A stretch of 32,947 nucleotides of DNA, taken from assembly GCA_037147135.1 (NCBI GenBank), contig JBAWVU010000003.1, positions 1 to 32,947 on the forward strand, written 5' to 3'. A program made the translations under genes and the position numbers. Below the pieces are notes generated by a model. It did not search any database. It saw nothing but the letters and a program-made list of their open reading frames with translations, and was not told the DNA's origin. Shown here in pieces: positions 25,582-32,947 of this stretch (its first letter is position 1; each line of letters begins with the position of its first letter). This stretch comes from Chloroflexota bacterium (lineage in GTDB: Bacteria > Chloroflexota > Limnocylindria > Limnocylindrales > CSP1-4).

Positions 25582-27707
25582 GCGACCGACGGAACGACGA
25601 CATCGGCGCCGGGGCATCCCAAGGAGGAGCCCCCAGCGGCGCACCACCGGCCGGCGGCGACCCACGCATCCGGCAGGGCCCCAGGCTGTTGCGCTCCGGG
25701 GGCCGGTCGATCATCCCGGTCGGAGCGCACGTCGTCCCGCCCGAGGGCCCGGACTGGCCGTGGCGCGTGGGGCCCGAGGCCTTCGACCGGGCGTTCGCCG
25801 CGATGGCCGCGCTCGGCCTGGACGTCGCCCGGATCGACCTCCTCTGGGCCGCCGTCGAGCCGGAGCCCGGCGGGTACGACGAAGCGCACCTCCGCGTCCT
25901 CGACGAGGTCCTGCGATCCGCGCGACGACGAGGGATCCGGCTCCACCCGACGCTCTTCGTCGGGGGCGAGGTCGGGGACGCGTACTGGGACACCCCGTGG
26001 CGCGCGGGGCGTCACCCGCACCGCGACCCGGAGATGCGACGGCTCCAGGCCGCGCACGCCGGGATGCTCGCGCGGCGCTGGCGCGGCGACCCCACGGTCC
26101 TCGCGTGGGACCTGACCGACGAGCCGCCCTTCTGGCTGTTCCGCGACACGACGGACGACGACGCGCGGGCATGGACGGCGGAGCTCGCGGCGGCGATCCG
26201 CGCCGAGGACCCCGGGGCGCTCGTGACGATCGGGACCGCGAGCCAGGAGGTCGGCTGGGGGCCGTTCCGCGCGGATGTCGTCGCGGGCGACCTCGACTTC
26301 GCCACCGTCCACCCCTACCCCATCTACTCGCCGGACCTCTACCCGGACGGCCTCCTCTCGCCGCGGATGACCCGGGCCGCGGCGTTCGAGACCGCGCTCG
26401 CCGCGGGGGCAGGGCGCCCGGTCATGCTCCACGAGTACGGCGCATCGTCCGCCCAGTTCGCCCCCGAACGGATCGCGGCGTACGACCGGCTCCTCTGCTG
26501 GTCGAGCCTGGGAGCGGGGGCGACCGGCTTTGTCGCGTGGTGCTGGACGGACGCCGAGCCGGCGGCGTACCGGCGCGCGCCGTACGTACGGGGGCCACAC
26601 GAGACGCAGTTCGGGGTCACCGAGCCCGACGGGACGCTCCGGCCCCGAGGCCGTGTCCTCGCGGACCTCGCGGCGACGGTGCGGGGGCTCGACCTCGACG
26701 CGGAGGTGAGCCACGGTCCGGTGACGACCGCGGCGATCCTCGTCCCGCGCGAGTACGCGCACCCGTACGACCCGGAGAGCTACGGCCTCGACGACGCACC
26801 GGCCGGCCCGTACGAGCCGGCGGAGCGCGCGTGGGCACCCGATCGCGACCCTGCGCCTCTCGTCCGCGGCCTCCTCAACGCGTACGTCCTCGCCTCGCGC
26901 GCGGGCGTCGCGTGCGCCTTCCCGCGGGAGACCCTCGACGACGCCTGGCCCGCGACGCAGCTCCTGCTCCTGCCCGCCCCGCTCGCGTCGACGTCGAGCA
27001 CGCTCCACCACGTCCGGTCGAGCTCGTGGAGCGGTGCCGCCGACTTCTTCGCACGCGCCGGCACCGCCTGGGTCTCGTGCTCGGCGGACGTCGCGATCGC
27101 GGGGATGGCGGAGATCCTCGGCGCCCGGATCGTCGACCGCGCACGCGGCGACCTGCGGCCCGTCCTCCGGTTCGTCGCCCCGTGGAGCCCCTTCGCCCTC
27201 GGTGAGGCGCTCGAGCTGCCGCCGTGGGACGGCACGCTCGCTACGCGGAGCGTGCTGCTCGAGGCTGCGGCGGGATCCCGCGTGGTGGCCGTCGACGCGG
27301 CCGGGGAGCCCGCGCTCGTCGTGGCTGACCGCGGCGCGGGGCACGCCGTCGCGTGCGCGCATCCGGTCGAGCTCCTCCTCGCGACGGCGCCGGACGCGCA
27401 CGGGCCGGCCGACCGCTCGTGGGGGCTCTACGCGGGGCTGGCAGCGCTCCCCGGTGCGGTCGGGCCGGGCGGCGCGGGCCACCCGGACGCGGGAGTGTCG
27501 TCGCTGCGCGGCGACGGCGGCGGGGCGATCGTCGCGACGAACCATGCCGGGTCGCCGCTGCGGCTGCCCGTGCGGCTCCCCGACGACGCAGCCGCGGCGC
27601 GGCTGGTGAGACCGGCCGGCGCGGAACCGGCGACGCCGGAAGGCGGCGCGGTCGAGGTCGCGCTCGAGCCGTACGGCGCCGCCATCGTCTCCTGGCGACG
27701 CGGCTGA
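25578..27707 (+). CDS. Clan GH-A glycoside hydrolase (GH5/GH42-like barrel plus trimerisation-like domain); candidate exo-beta-glucosaminidase
   Basis: RIDLLWAAVEPEPG, AWDLTDEP (acid/base), VHPYP, MLHEYG (nucleophile), WCWTD and ETQFG. GTGA overlap with the SIS gene. Confidence 0.8.
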   Translation: MSDRRNDDIGAGASQGGAPSGAPPAGGDPRIRQGPRLLRSGGRSIIPVGAHVVPPEGPDWPWRVGPEAFDRAFAAMAALGLDVARIDLLWAAVEPEPGGYDEAHLRVLDEVLRSARRRGIRLHPTLFVGGEVGDAYWDTPWRAGRHPHRDPEMRRLQAAHAGMLARRWRGDPTVLAWDLTDEPPFWLFRDTTDDDARAWTAELAAAIRAEDPGALVTIGTASQEVGWGPFRADVVAGDLDFATVHPYPIYSPDLYPDGLLSPRMTRAAAFETALAAGAGRPVMLHEYGASSAQFAPERIAAYDRLLCWSSLGAGATGFVAWCWTDAEPAAYRRAPYVRGPHETQFGVTEPDGTLRPRGRVLADLAATVRGLDLDAEVSHGPVTTAAILVPREYAHPYDPESYGLDDAPAGPYEPAERAWAPDRDPAPLVRGLLNAYVLASRAGVACAFPRETLDDAWPATQLLLLPAPLASTSSTLHHVRSSSWSGAADFFARAGTAWVSCSADVAIAGMAEILGARIVDRARGDLRPVLRFVAPWSPFALGEALELPPWDGTLATRSVLLEAAAGSRVVAVDAAGEPALVVADRGAGHAVACAHPVELLLATAPDAHGPADRSWGLYAGLAALPGAVGPGGAGHPDAGVSSLRGDGGGAIVATNHAGSPLRLPVRLPDDAAAARLVRPAGAEPATPEGGAVEVALEPYGAAIVSWRRG

Positions 27708-27926
27708 GGATGCGGTTCCGGGCCCGATGACGAGGCCGGGACGGCCGGATGGGCGCCCCCGTCGGCCCGGAGTGCGCGAGAGGACCTCGGCCTTCTCGCT
27801 GTTCGCCATACTGCGACCGTGGGCCACGGCGAGAGATCGCGCTCCAGGTGCACGACCACACCCGGGATGGTGGAGTGAACCACCCCACGCGAGGATGAAG
27901 ATGGGCTCCCGGCCCGAGGACTCCTG

Positions 27927-28586
27927 ATGCCCGCCGGCGGATCGCACGCCTCGCCCACCAACACCGGGCGGGCCGTCGATCGACTGATCAACTTCAGCGA
28001 CGCGGTCGTTGCCGTGGCGATCACGGTGATGGTGCTGCCCCTCATCGACATCCCCGGTCCGGAGGGCGGGCAGACCGTCTGGGTCGTCCTGCTGGACCAT
28101 GCCGGCCAGATCTCGACCTTCCTCTTCACCTTCTTCGTCGTGGCGATCATGTGGTTGACCCACAACCGGATCCTGAACCAGATCCGCGGCTACGACGCCG
28201 TCATCTTCTGGACGAACACCACGTGGCTCGCGGCGATCGTGCTTCTTCCCTGGTTGAGCGCGATGTACGGCGAGTCCGCAGGGGGCCAGGGAGGCGTCGG
28301 CCTGCTCTACTGGACGGCGCTCGCGTTCATCAGCGTGCTGGGCTCGATGCTGGGCAGGCATATCCGCCTGCACCCCGAGTTCGTGGACGCGTCTGCGACT
28401 CCTTCCCGGTCCGGACCGAACGGAAGTCGCGCCAGGTTGCGAGGGCCGGTGTTCGCCGGGTACTTCCTGGCGACCGGGGTGGTGTCCGTCTTCTTCCCAC
28501 ACGTCTCGTCGTGGATGCCGCTGGGGCTCATCCTGTTGAGCATCTGGTTGCGCCCGGCAGGCGAAAGGCGGTCAGAACAGACCTAG
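27927..28586 (+). CDS. TMEM175 family (DUF1211) potassium channel
   Basis: RLINFSDAVVAVAITVMVL signature, WLTH, and about 6 TM helices. Confidence 0.9.
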   Translation: MPAGGSHASPTNTGRAVDRLINFSDAVVAVAITVMVLPLIDIPGPEGGQTVWVVLLDHAGQISTFLFTFFVVAIMWLTHNRILNQIRGYDAVIFWTNTTWLAAIVLLPWLSAMYGESAGGQGGVGLLYWTALAFISVLGSMLGRHIRLHPEFVDASATPSRSGPNGSRARLRGPVFAGYFLATGVVSVFFPHVSSWMPLGLILLSIWLRPAGERRSEQT

Positions 28587-29338
28587 CGTCCTGCTGGCAG
28601 CCGATCTCCACGCAGGGCATCGGCAACGGCGCGGACGTCCCGGAAGAACCCGGTGCGGCGGAGTCGATCCGGGTCGCCGAGGCTTGCCTCGTATCCCTCG
28701 TCGTACCCGATCGTGCCCAGCAGGCGCAGGTCGTCGCCGGCCCCTGCCCGGCGCCAGCCGCCACCGTCGGCGCCGCGCACGAGGTTCTCCACGACCCCGA
28801 GGACAGGCAGTCCGAGGCTCCGCAGCAGCTCGAGCGTCTTGCGCGTCGTGGCCAGCGTCAGCTCCGACGGCGTGGTGACCACCACGTACTCCGCCCGTGG
28901 CAGGTATCGGGCCGCGTCGAGAAGGGTGTCACCGAAGCCGGGCGGCATGTCGATGACGAGGGTGTCCAGCTCGTCCCAGATCGTGACCGCGAGCAGCTCC
29001 AGGATCGCGTTGGTGATGTCGTCGCCGCGCAGGAGCGCCGGGCGCTCGCCGATGATGCTCGCGATGGACATGAACGCGACGCCGGCGACGACGTCCGGGA
29101 CGAGGCCGCCGTCCTCGTGAAGTCCCGGCCGCGGGATGCCCAGGATCACGTGGCCCGAGGGGCCCCACAGGTCCAGGTCCAGGAGCCCGACCCGGGTCTC
29201 CTCGGCCGCGAGGCTCAGCGCGAGCCCGACCGCGACCGAGCTCTTCCCGATCCCGCCCTTGCCGCCGGTGACGGCCACGATCCGGCGCACGTCACGCAGG
29301 CGTCGGTCCACGATGGCGGGCCGAGGATCCACCCTCAC
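28583..29338 (-). CDS. Mrp/MinD-family ATPase, probable ATPase-type HypB
   Basis: DPR...RL..VRRI, deviant Walker A GKGGIGKS, LLDLD and IDMPPG. No CxxC after VVEN. GTGA overlap with hypA. Confidence 0.85.
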   Translation of the reverse strand: MRVDPRPAIVDRRLRDVRRIVAVTGGKGGIGKSSVAVGLALSLAAEETRVGLLDLDLWGPSGHVILGIPRPGLHEDGGLVPDVVAGVAFMSIASIIGERPALLRGDDITNAILELLAVTIWDELDTLVIDMPPGFGDTLLDAARYLPRAEYVVVTTPSELTLATTRKTLELLRSLGLPVLGVVENLVRGADGGGWRRAGAGDDLRLLGTIGYDEGYEASLGDPDRLRRTGFFRDVRAVADALRGDRLPAGR

Positions 29339-29742
29339 CTTCCGTTGACCGCGACCAGCGAGACCCCCCTGCCGCCGAGGATCGCGAAGTCGGGGCTGGA
29401 GCAGGCAGGGCACGTGACGTAGAGGTGAACGACCTCCGGCAGGAGGTGGATGCTCTCGCGCTCGTCCTCCGGGAGCGCGGCGAGGCTCTCCTGCAGCATC
29501 CAGGCGTGCCCGCACCGGCGGCAGGCGCATCGGGCCAGGTCGGTCTCGAAGGTGAAGCGGGCATCCGTCAGCTCGGGCACGTCGCGCTGGGCTGCGCTCA
29601 GCCCGAACTCCAGGGCGCTCCGGTCGACCGCCTGGAGCTCGCCGAGGGCGATGACGACCTCGCTGACGGCGGCCAGGCCGCGCTCGCGTGCGACCTCCGC
29701 CGCCTTCGCCACCACCGCCTCGGCCAGGGCCCACTCGTGCAT
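29335..29742 (-). CDS. hypA: Hydrogenase nickel metallochaperone HypA
   Basis: MHE Ni motif, LGELQ, and CRRC...CPAC Zn site with a long insertion containing IHLLPEVVH. Confidence 0.95.
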   Translation of the reverse strand: MHEWALAEAVVAKAAEVARERGLAAVSEVVIALGELQAVDRSALEFGLSAAQRDVPELTDARFTFETDLARCACRRCGHAWMLQESLAALPEDERESIHLLPEVVHLYVTCPACSSPDFAILGGRGVSLVAVNGR

Positions 29743-29779
29743 CCGATCCTCATCTCGTCCCTGTCCGACCGCCGCAGGG

Positions 29780-31252
29780 CTACGCCCTCGCGAGCACCTC
29801 CGCCGGCACGCCCGGCAGCATCGTCGCACCTGCGGCGACGCTCTCGCGCCGGACGATCCCGACGAGCTCTCGCTCGGCGGCCGGATCGAGATCGGGCCGC
29901 CGGTGCGACGCGACGAGCTCGTCCGCCCGGACCCGCGCCCGGCCGAACGCGTCGAGCCCGCCCGCCTCGAGCCAGGCGCGATGCGAGGCGCGGTCGATCA
30001 CCGGCCCCGGGAGGTGCTGCTCGCTCCTGAAGAGCCGCCGCGTCTCGGGCAGCTCGAGGAACCGGCCGTCGGGACCCGCCGCGGCGAACGCCGCCGTCGC
30101 GAGAGTCTCGGTCGGCGTCGCGATCCCGCGAACGAGCCGCTGGGCCGACCCGATCGCCTCCGCGTCGAGCACGAGCTTCTCCGGGCTCTGGCAGAGGAGG
30201 ACATCGAGCATGCCGGCGCCGGACACGAGGTCGACCCCGGCGAGCGCAGCGACGAGCGCCCCGGCCTGGCTCTCCATCCCCGCCTGCGCGTCGACGAGCT
30301 TGCCGTCGCTCGCGACGAGGTAGCAGTGGGTGGGGAGCCCCAGAGTCTTGCCGACCTGGGCGTACGCCGCGTCGATCATCGCGGTCTCGATCGCGCCCAT
30401 CGGCGTCGTCCCGACCCGCATGTCGAGGATCGCCGGGGCCCCGCCCCAGACGATCGGCGCACCCGGGCGGGCGAGCTGGTGGATGGCGATCCCGGAGAGG
30501 CACTCGGCGGCGTGCTGGACGACGCTCCCGATGAGCGTCACCGGAGCGGCGGCACCGGCGAGCGGCATGGACACCATCTGCGCCGGCACGCCGGCGCGAG
30601 CGAGGTCGATGAGGTTGCGACAGCCGAGCGCGGACCACGTGAGCGGCGGCGACGGGCAGACGTCGAAGACGGCCCGGGGCCGGGCAGCGAGCACCGTGGG
30701 CCCGCCGGCGTCGGCAGCGAGCATGTCGAGCATGACCCGCGTGGTCCGGGGGGCGAATCCCCCGGTGACGACGGGCTTGTCCGAATACAGGAGGACGAGA
30801 AGGAGCCGGTGCATGTCGCCGGCGTCCGCGGGGACGTCCGAGCAGACGACCGCGGTCGACTGGGCCGCGTACGCGTCGAGGCCATCGGTGACCTCGATGA
30901 TGCGGACGAGATCGGCCGACATCGACGGACGATGCTCGAGCGTGTCGGGGTCGAGGACGTGGACCCCGCAGCTGCCGGGGTCGAACTGGACGGCCCCCTC
31001 GCCGTACCGGACGGCCGGGGTGCCGGCCCGGTCGTACAGGGCGAATGCGTGCGGGACCGTCGCGAGGGCGTCGCGGACGATGCGCTCGGGGATGCGGGCC
31101 GTGCCGTCACGCACGTCCGCCCCGGCGGCGGCGAGGAGCGCCGCCGCCTCCGGCTCGTGGACACGGACGCCGGGCTCCATGAGGAGCTGGAACGCCTCGT
31201 CGAGGACGCGGCCGACGAGCGCAGGTTCGAGGAGCGTGAGAGTGGGGCGCAT
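29780..31252 (-). CDS. Trimethylamine methyltransferase (MttB) superfamily protein, non-pyrrolysine
   Basis: CPSPPL, AGAAAPVTLIG, PGAPIVWG, DMRVG, SDGKLVDAQAGMES and SPEKLVLDAE. Confidence 0.92.
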   Translation of the reverse strand: MRPTLTLLEPALVGRVLDEAFQLLMEPGVRVHEPEAAALLAAAGADVRDGTARIPERIVRDALATVPHAFALYDRAGTPAVRYGEGAVQFDPGSCGVHVLDPDTLEHRPSMSADLVRIIEVTDGLDAYAAQSTAVVCSDVPADAGDMHRLLLVLLYSDKPVVTGGFAPRTTRVMLDMLAADAGGPTVLAARPRAVFDVCPSPPLTWSALGCRNLIDLARAGVPAQMVSMPLAGAAAPVTLIGSVVQHAAECLSGIAIHQLARPGAPIVWGGAPAILDMRVGTTPMGAIETAMIDAAYAQVGKTLGLPTHCYLVASDGKLVDAQAGMESQAGALVAALAGVDLVSGAGMLDVLLCQSPEKLVLDAEAIGSAQRLVRGIATPTETLATAAFAAAGPDGRFLELPETRRLFRSEQHLPGPVIDRASHRAWLEAGGLDAFGRARVRADELVASHRRPDLDPAAERELVGIVRRESVAAGATMLPGVPAEVLARA

Positions 31253-31263
31253 CGGGCCGGCCC

Positions 31264-32757
31264 TCAGCGTCCAGAGGACGAGGGAGCCGGGCCCTCGGCC
31301 GCGCCCGCGTCCCGCTCCACACCGGCGATGACGGCGTCGAGGGCCGACGCGACCGCCGGATCGAGCGGGTCTGGCTCGTGGGTCCGGAGGAGCTCGCGTG
31401 CTCGCGCGAGCGCCCAGTCGGGCGCCCGGTCCTCCGCCTTCTCCCAGATGCCGTACATCCGGCGGTCCATGTACCGCGACTGCCAGAGCTCGCGCATGTG
31501 GGACCGGGTGTGCTTGAGGGCGAGGAAGTCGCCGTTGGGTCCCACCTCGCGGATCGCGTCGATCGCGAGCGCCTCGTCCGAGACGTCGATCCCCCGCAGA
31601 GTCTTGCGGACGATCGAGTAGATCTCGGCGTCGAGGAGCATCTGCGTGTACGACCAGATCCGGCTCCCATTGAGGAGGCCGATCCCGAGCAGCATGTCGC
31701 TCGTGACGACCGACGCCATGAAGGTCGAGAGCGAGTTCTCCACGCCGGCCTGCCAGTCGGGCAGCTTCGCGCCGGTCGCGAACGAGCCCATCGAGAGGGG
31801 TACGCGGTAGAAGTCGGCGAGCGCGTTCGTCGCCGCGCCGAAGAGGAAGTCCTCCGGCCCGCCGCCGGTGTACGCGCCGGAGCGCAGGTCCATGGCCGTC
31901 TGGGCGGCCGCGTAGAAGACCGGCGCGCCGGGGGCGACGAGCTCCATGAGCGCGAGGCCCGTGATGACCTCGGCGTTGCCCACGACGAGGGTGCCGGCGG
32001 TGGTGGCCGGACCGGAGAAGGCGCACGACGCCATGGTCATGAAGCCGGTGGGGATGCCGGCTTCGGCGGCGATCATCGACGCGTCGAGGCTGCCACCGTC
32101 GTGGCCGAGCGGCGACGTGGTGCACTGCATGATCGAGAGCGGCGGGCGCGCGCGACGCACCTCCTCGTTCCCGGCGACGATCGTCGCCATCTCGATGGCG
32201 GCGAGTGCCTCCGGGACGGTGACGACGGTCTCCGTCTGGATGTGCTTCGTCGTGTTCCGCCACTGGACGGCCAGCTCGTGGAGCGAGCGGCTCTCCGGCG
32301 GCATGTCCTGGGCGGACAGCGGTGTCCAGATGAAGCCCACCTCGTCGAGCGCGTCGGCGATGCGGGCGATGTCCGCCACGTCCTGCAGACGCGACCGGCG
32401 GAGCTCGCCGGTGTCGATGTCGATGATCTCGATGCCGCAGCCGTCGGTGGCGGCGTAGACGTGCTTCCCGTCGAGCGGGAGGTCCTGCGACGGGTCGCGC
32501 GCGCCGAGCACGTAGGACGCCGGTGCGTGGGAGAGCGCCCCCATGACGAGCTCGCGCGGGGCCTTCACCACCTGCGTCCCGCGATCGACGGTGGCGCCGT
32601 GCGCGGCCCACACGTCGAGCGCACGCTCGGACGGGAAGCGGACGCCCACGGTCTCCACGACCTCGAGCGTCGCCTCGTGGATGCGCCGGACCTCGTCCGG
32701 CGTGAGGACCTCGAACCCGATCTTCGGGCTCGCGATCGGATCGATGCGCGTCGCCAT
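31264..32757 (-). CDS. Trimethylamine methyltransferase (MttB) superfamily protein, non-pyrrolysine
   Basis: RIHEATLEVVETVGV, TTSPL, GPATTAG, PGAPVFY, MDLRSG, GAKLPDWQAGVE and EVGPNGDFL. Confidence 0.93.
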   Translation of the reverse strand: MATRIDPIASPKIGFEVLTPDEVRRIHEATLEVVETVGVRFPSERALDVWAAHGATVDRGTQVVKAPRELVMGALSHAPASYVLGARDPSQDLPLDGKHVYAATDGCGIEIIDIDTGELRRSRLQDVADIARIADALDEVGFIWTPLSAQDMPPESRSLHELAVQWRNTTKHIQTETVVTVPEALAAIEMATIVAGNEEVRRARPPLSIMQCTTSPLGHDGGSLDASMIAAEAGIPTGFMTMASCAFSGPATTAGTLVVGNAEVITGLALMELVAPGAPVFYAAAQTAMDLRSGAYTGGGPEDFLFGAATNALADFYRVPLSMGSFATGAKLPDWQAGVENSLSTFMASVVTSDMLLGIGLLNGSRIWSYTQMLLDAEIYSIVRKTLRGIDVSDEALAIDAIREVGPNGDFLALKHTRSHMRELWQSRYMDRRMYGIWEKAEDRAPDWALARARELLRTHEPDPLDPAVASALDAVIAGVERDAGAAEGPAPSSSGR

Positions 32758-32768
32758 CGGTGAGCCCC

Positions 32769-32947
32769 TCAGCCCTGCGCCGCGTCGGCGGTGCCTTGCA
32801 TGAGCCGCGTCGCGAGCGCGACCGCGCCCACGGCGTCCTCGCTGTACCCGTCGGCGCCGATCTCCTCCGCCCACGCCCGGGTGACGGGCGCTCCGCCGAC
32901 GATGACCTTCACGCCGGGGCGCATCCCGGCCTCGGCGAGTGCAGCGA
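32769..32947 (-). CDS. Corrinoid (B12-binding) methyl-accepting protein, C-terminal part only
   Basis: My own translation: AALAEAGMRPGVKVIVGGAPVTRAWAEEIGADGYSEDAVGAV...*. VGGAPV and IGADGY..DA are hallmarks of MttC/MtaC-type corrinoid proteins. The 5' part lies outside the window. Confidence 0.88.
   Translation of the reverse strand, partial: AALAEAGMRPGVKVIVGGAPVTRAWAEEIGADGYSEDAVGAVALATRLMQGTADAAQG

Noticed and set aside
24636-28502. 1288-aa minus-strand ORF and other long overlapping ORFs (e.g. 8216-10267, 11389-13704, 15195-17144, 29450-31621)
   Set aside because: Arg/Pro/Gly-rich shadow frames overlapping well-supported genes, as expected in very high-GC DNA. No recognisable motifs.
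29780-32757. Pyrrolysine (amber) read-through in the MttB genes
   Set aside because: No in-frame TAG within either coding region, and no pyl genes in the window.
10988-32947. Interpreting the window as DNA from a methanogenic archaeon
   Set aside because: A bacterial lipobox lipoprotein, sigma70-type -10 elements and actinobacterial-like GH4 and Eis genes point to a bacterium. No mcr or mtr genes are present.

Overview
Very GC-rich bacterial DNA. The Ser/Ala/Pro-rich lipoprotein linker, leaderless genes and gene content suggest Chloroflexota (Limnocylindria-like) or Actinomycetota, but this is inference only. About 31 genes fall into four blocks. (1) 1-10.9 kb: membrane and housekeeping genes (MFS, YtxH-like, GT2, SulP, DUF1345-like, FUSC, AAA_28-like kinase, Eis, pip, DUF4328 Zn-ribbon protein, K+ channel). 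(2) 11.0-19.0 kb, minus strand: ACT protein followed by hdrC-hdrB-hdrA-mvhD-mvhG-mvhA-maturation protease, a complete methanogen-like electron-bifurcating [NiFe]-hydrogenase/heterodisulfide reductase. (3) 19.3-28.6 kb: a GntR-regulated sugar locus (GH4, ABC importer, SIS protein, clan GH-A hydrolase with an Asp-Glu acid/base motif) that looks like a glucosamine-oligomer (chitosan) utilisation system, plus a TMEM175 channel. (4) 28.6-32.9 kb, minus strand: corrinoid protein, two pyrrolysine-free MttB-family methyltransferases, then Thermococcales-type hypA and an ATPase-type (Mrp/MinD-like) hypB. The most notable signal is that blocks 4 and 2 are co-oriented, which suggests a bacterial module linking N-methyl demethylation to H2-driven Hdr electron bifurcation, interrupted by the sugar block. 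All family assignments come from motifs and recalled similarity, not from database searches.
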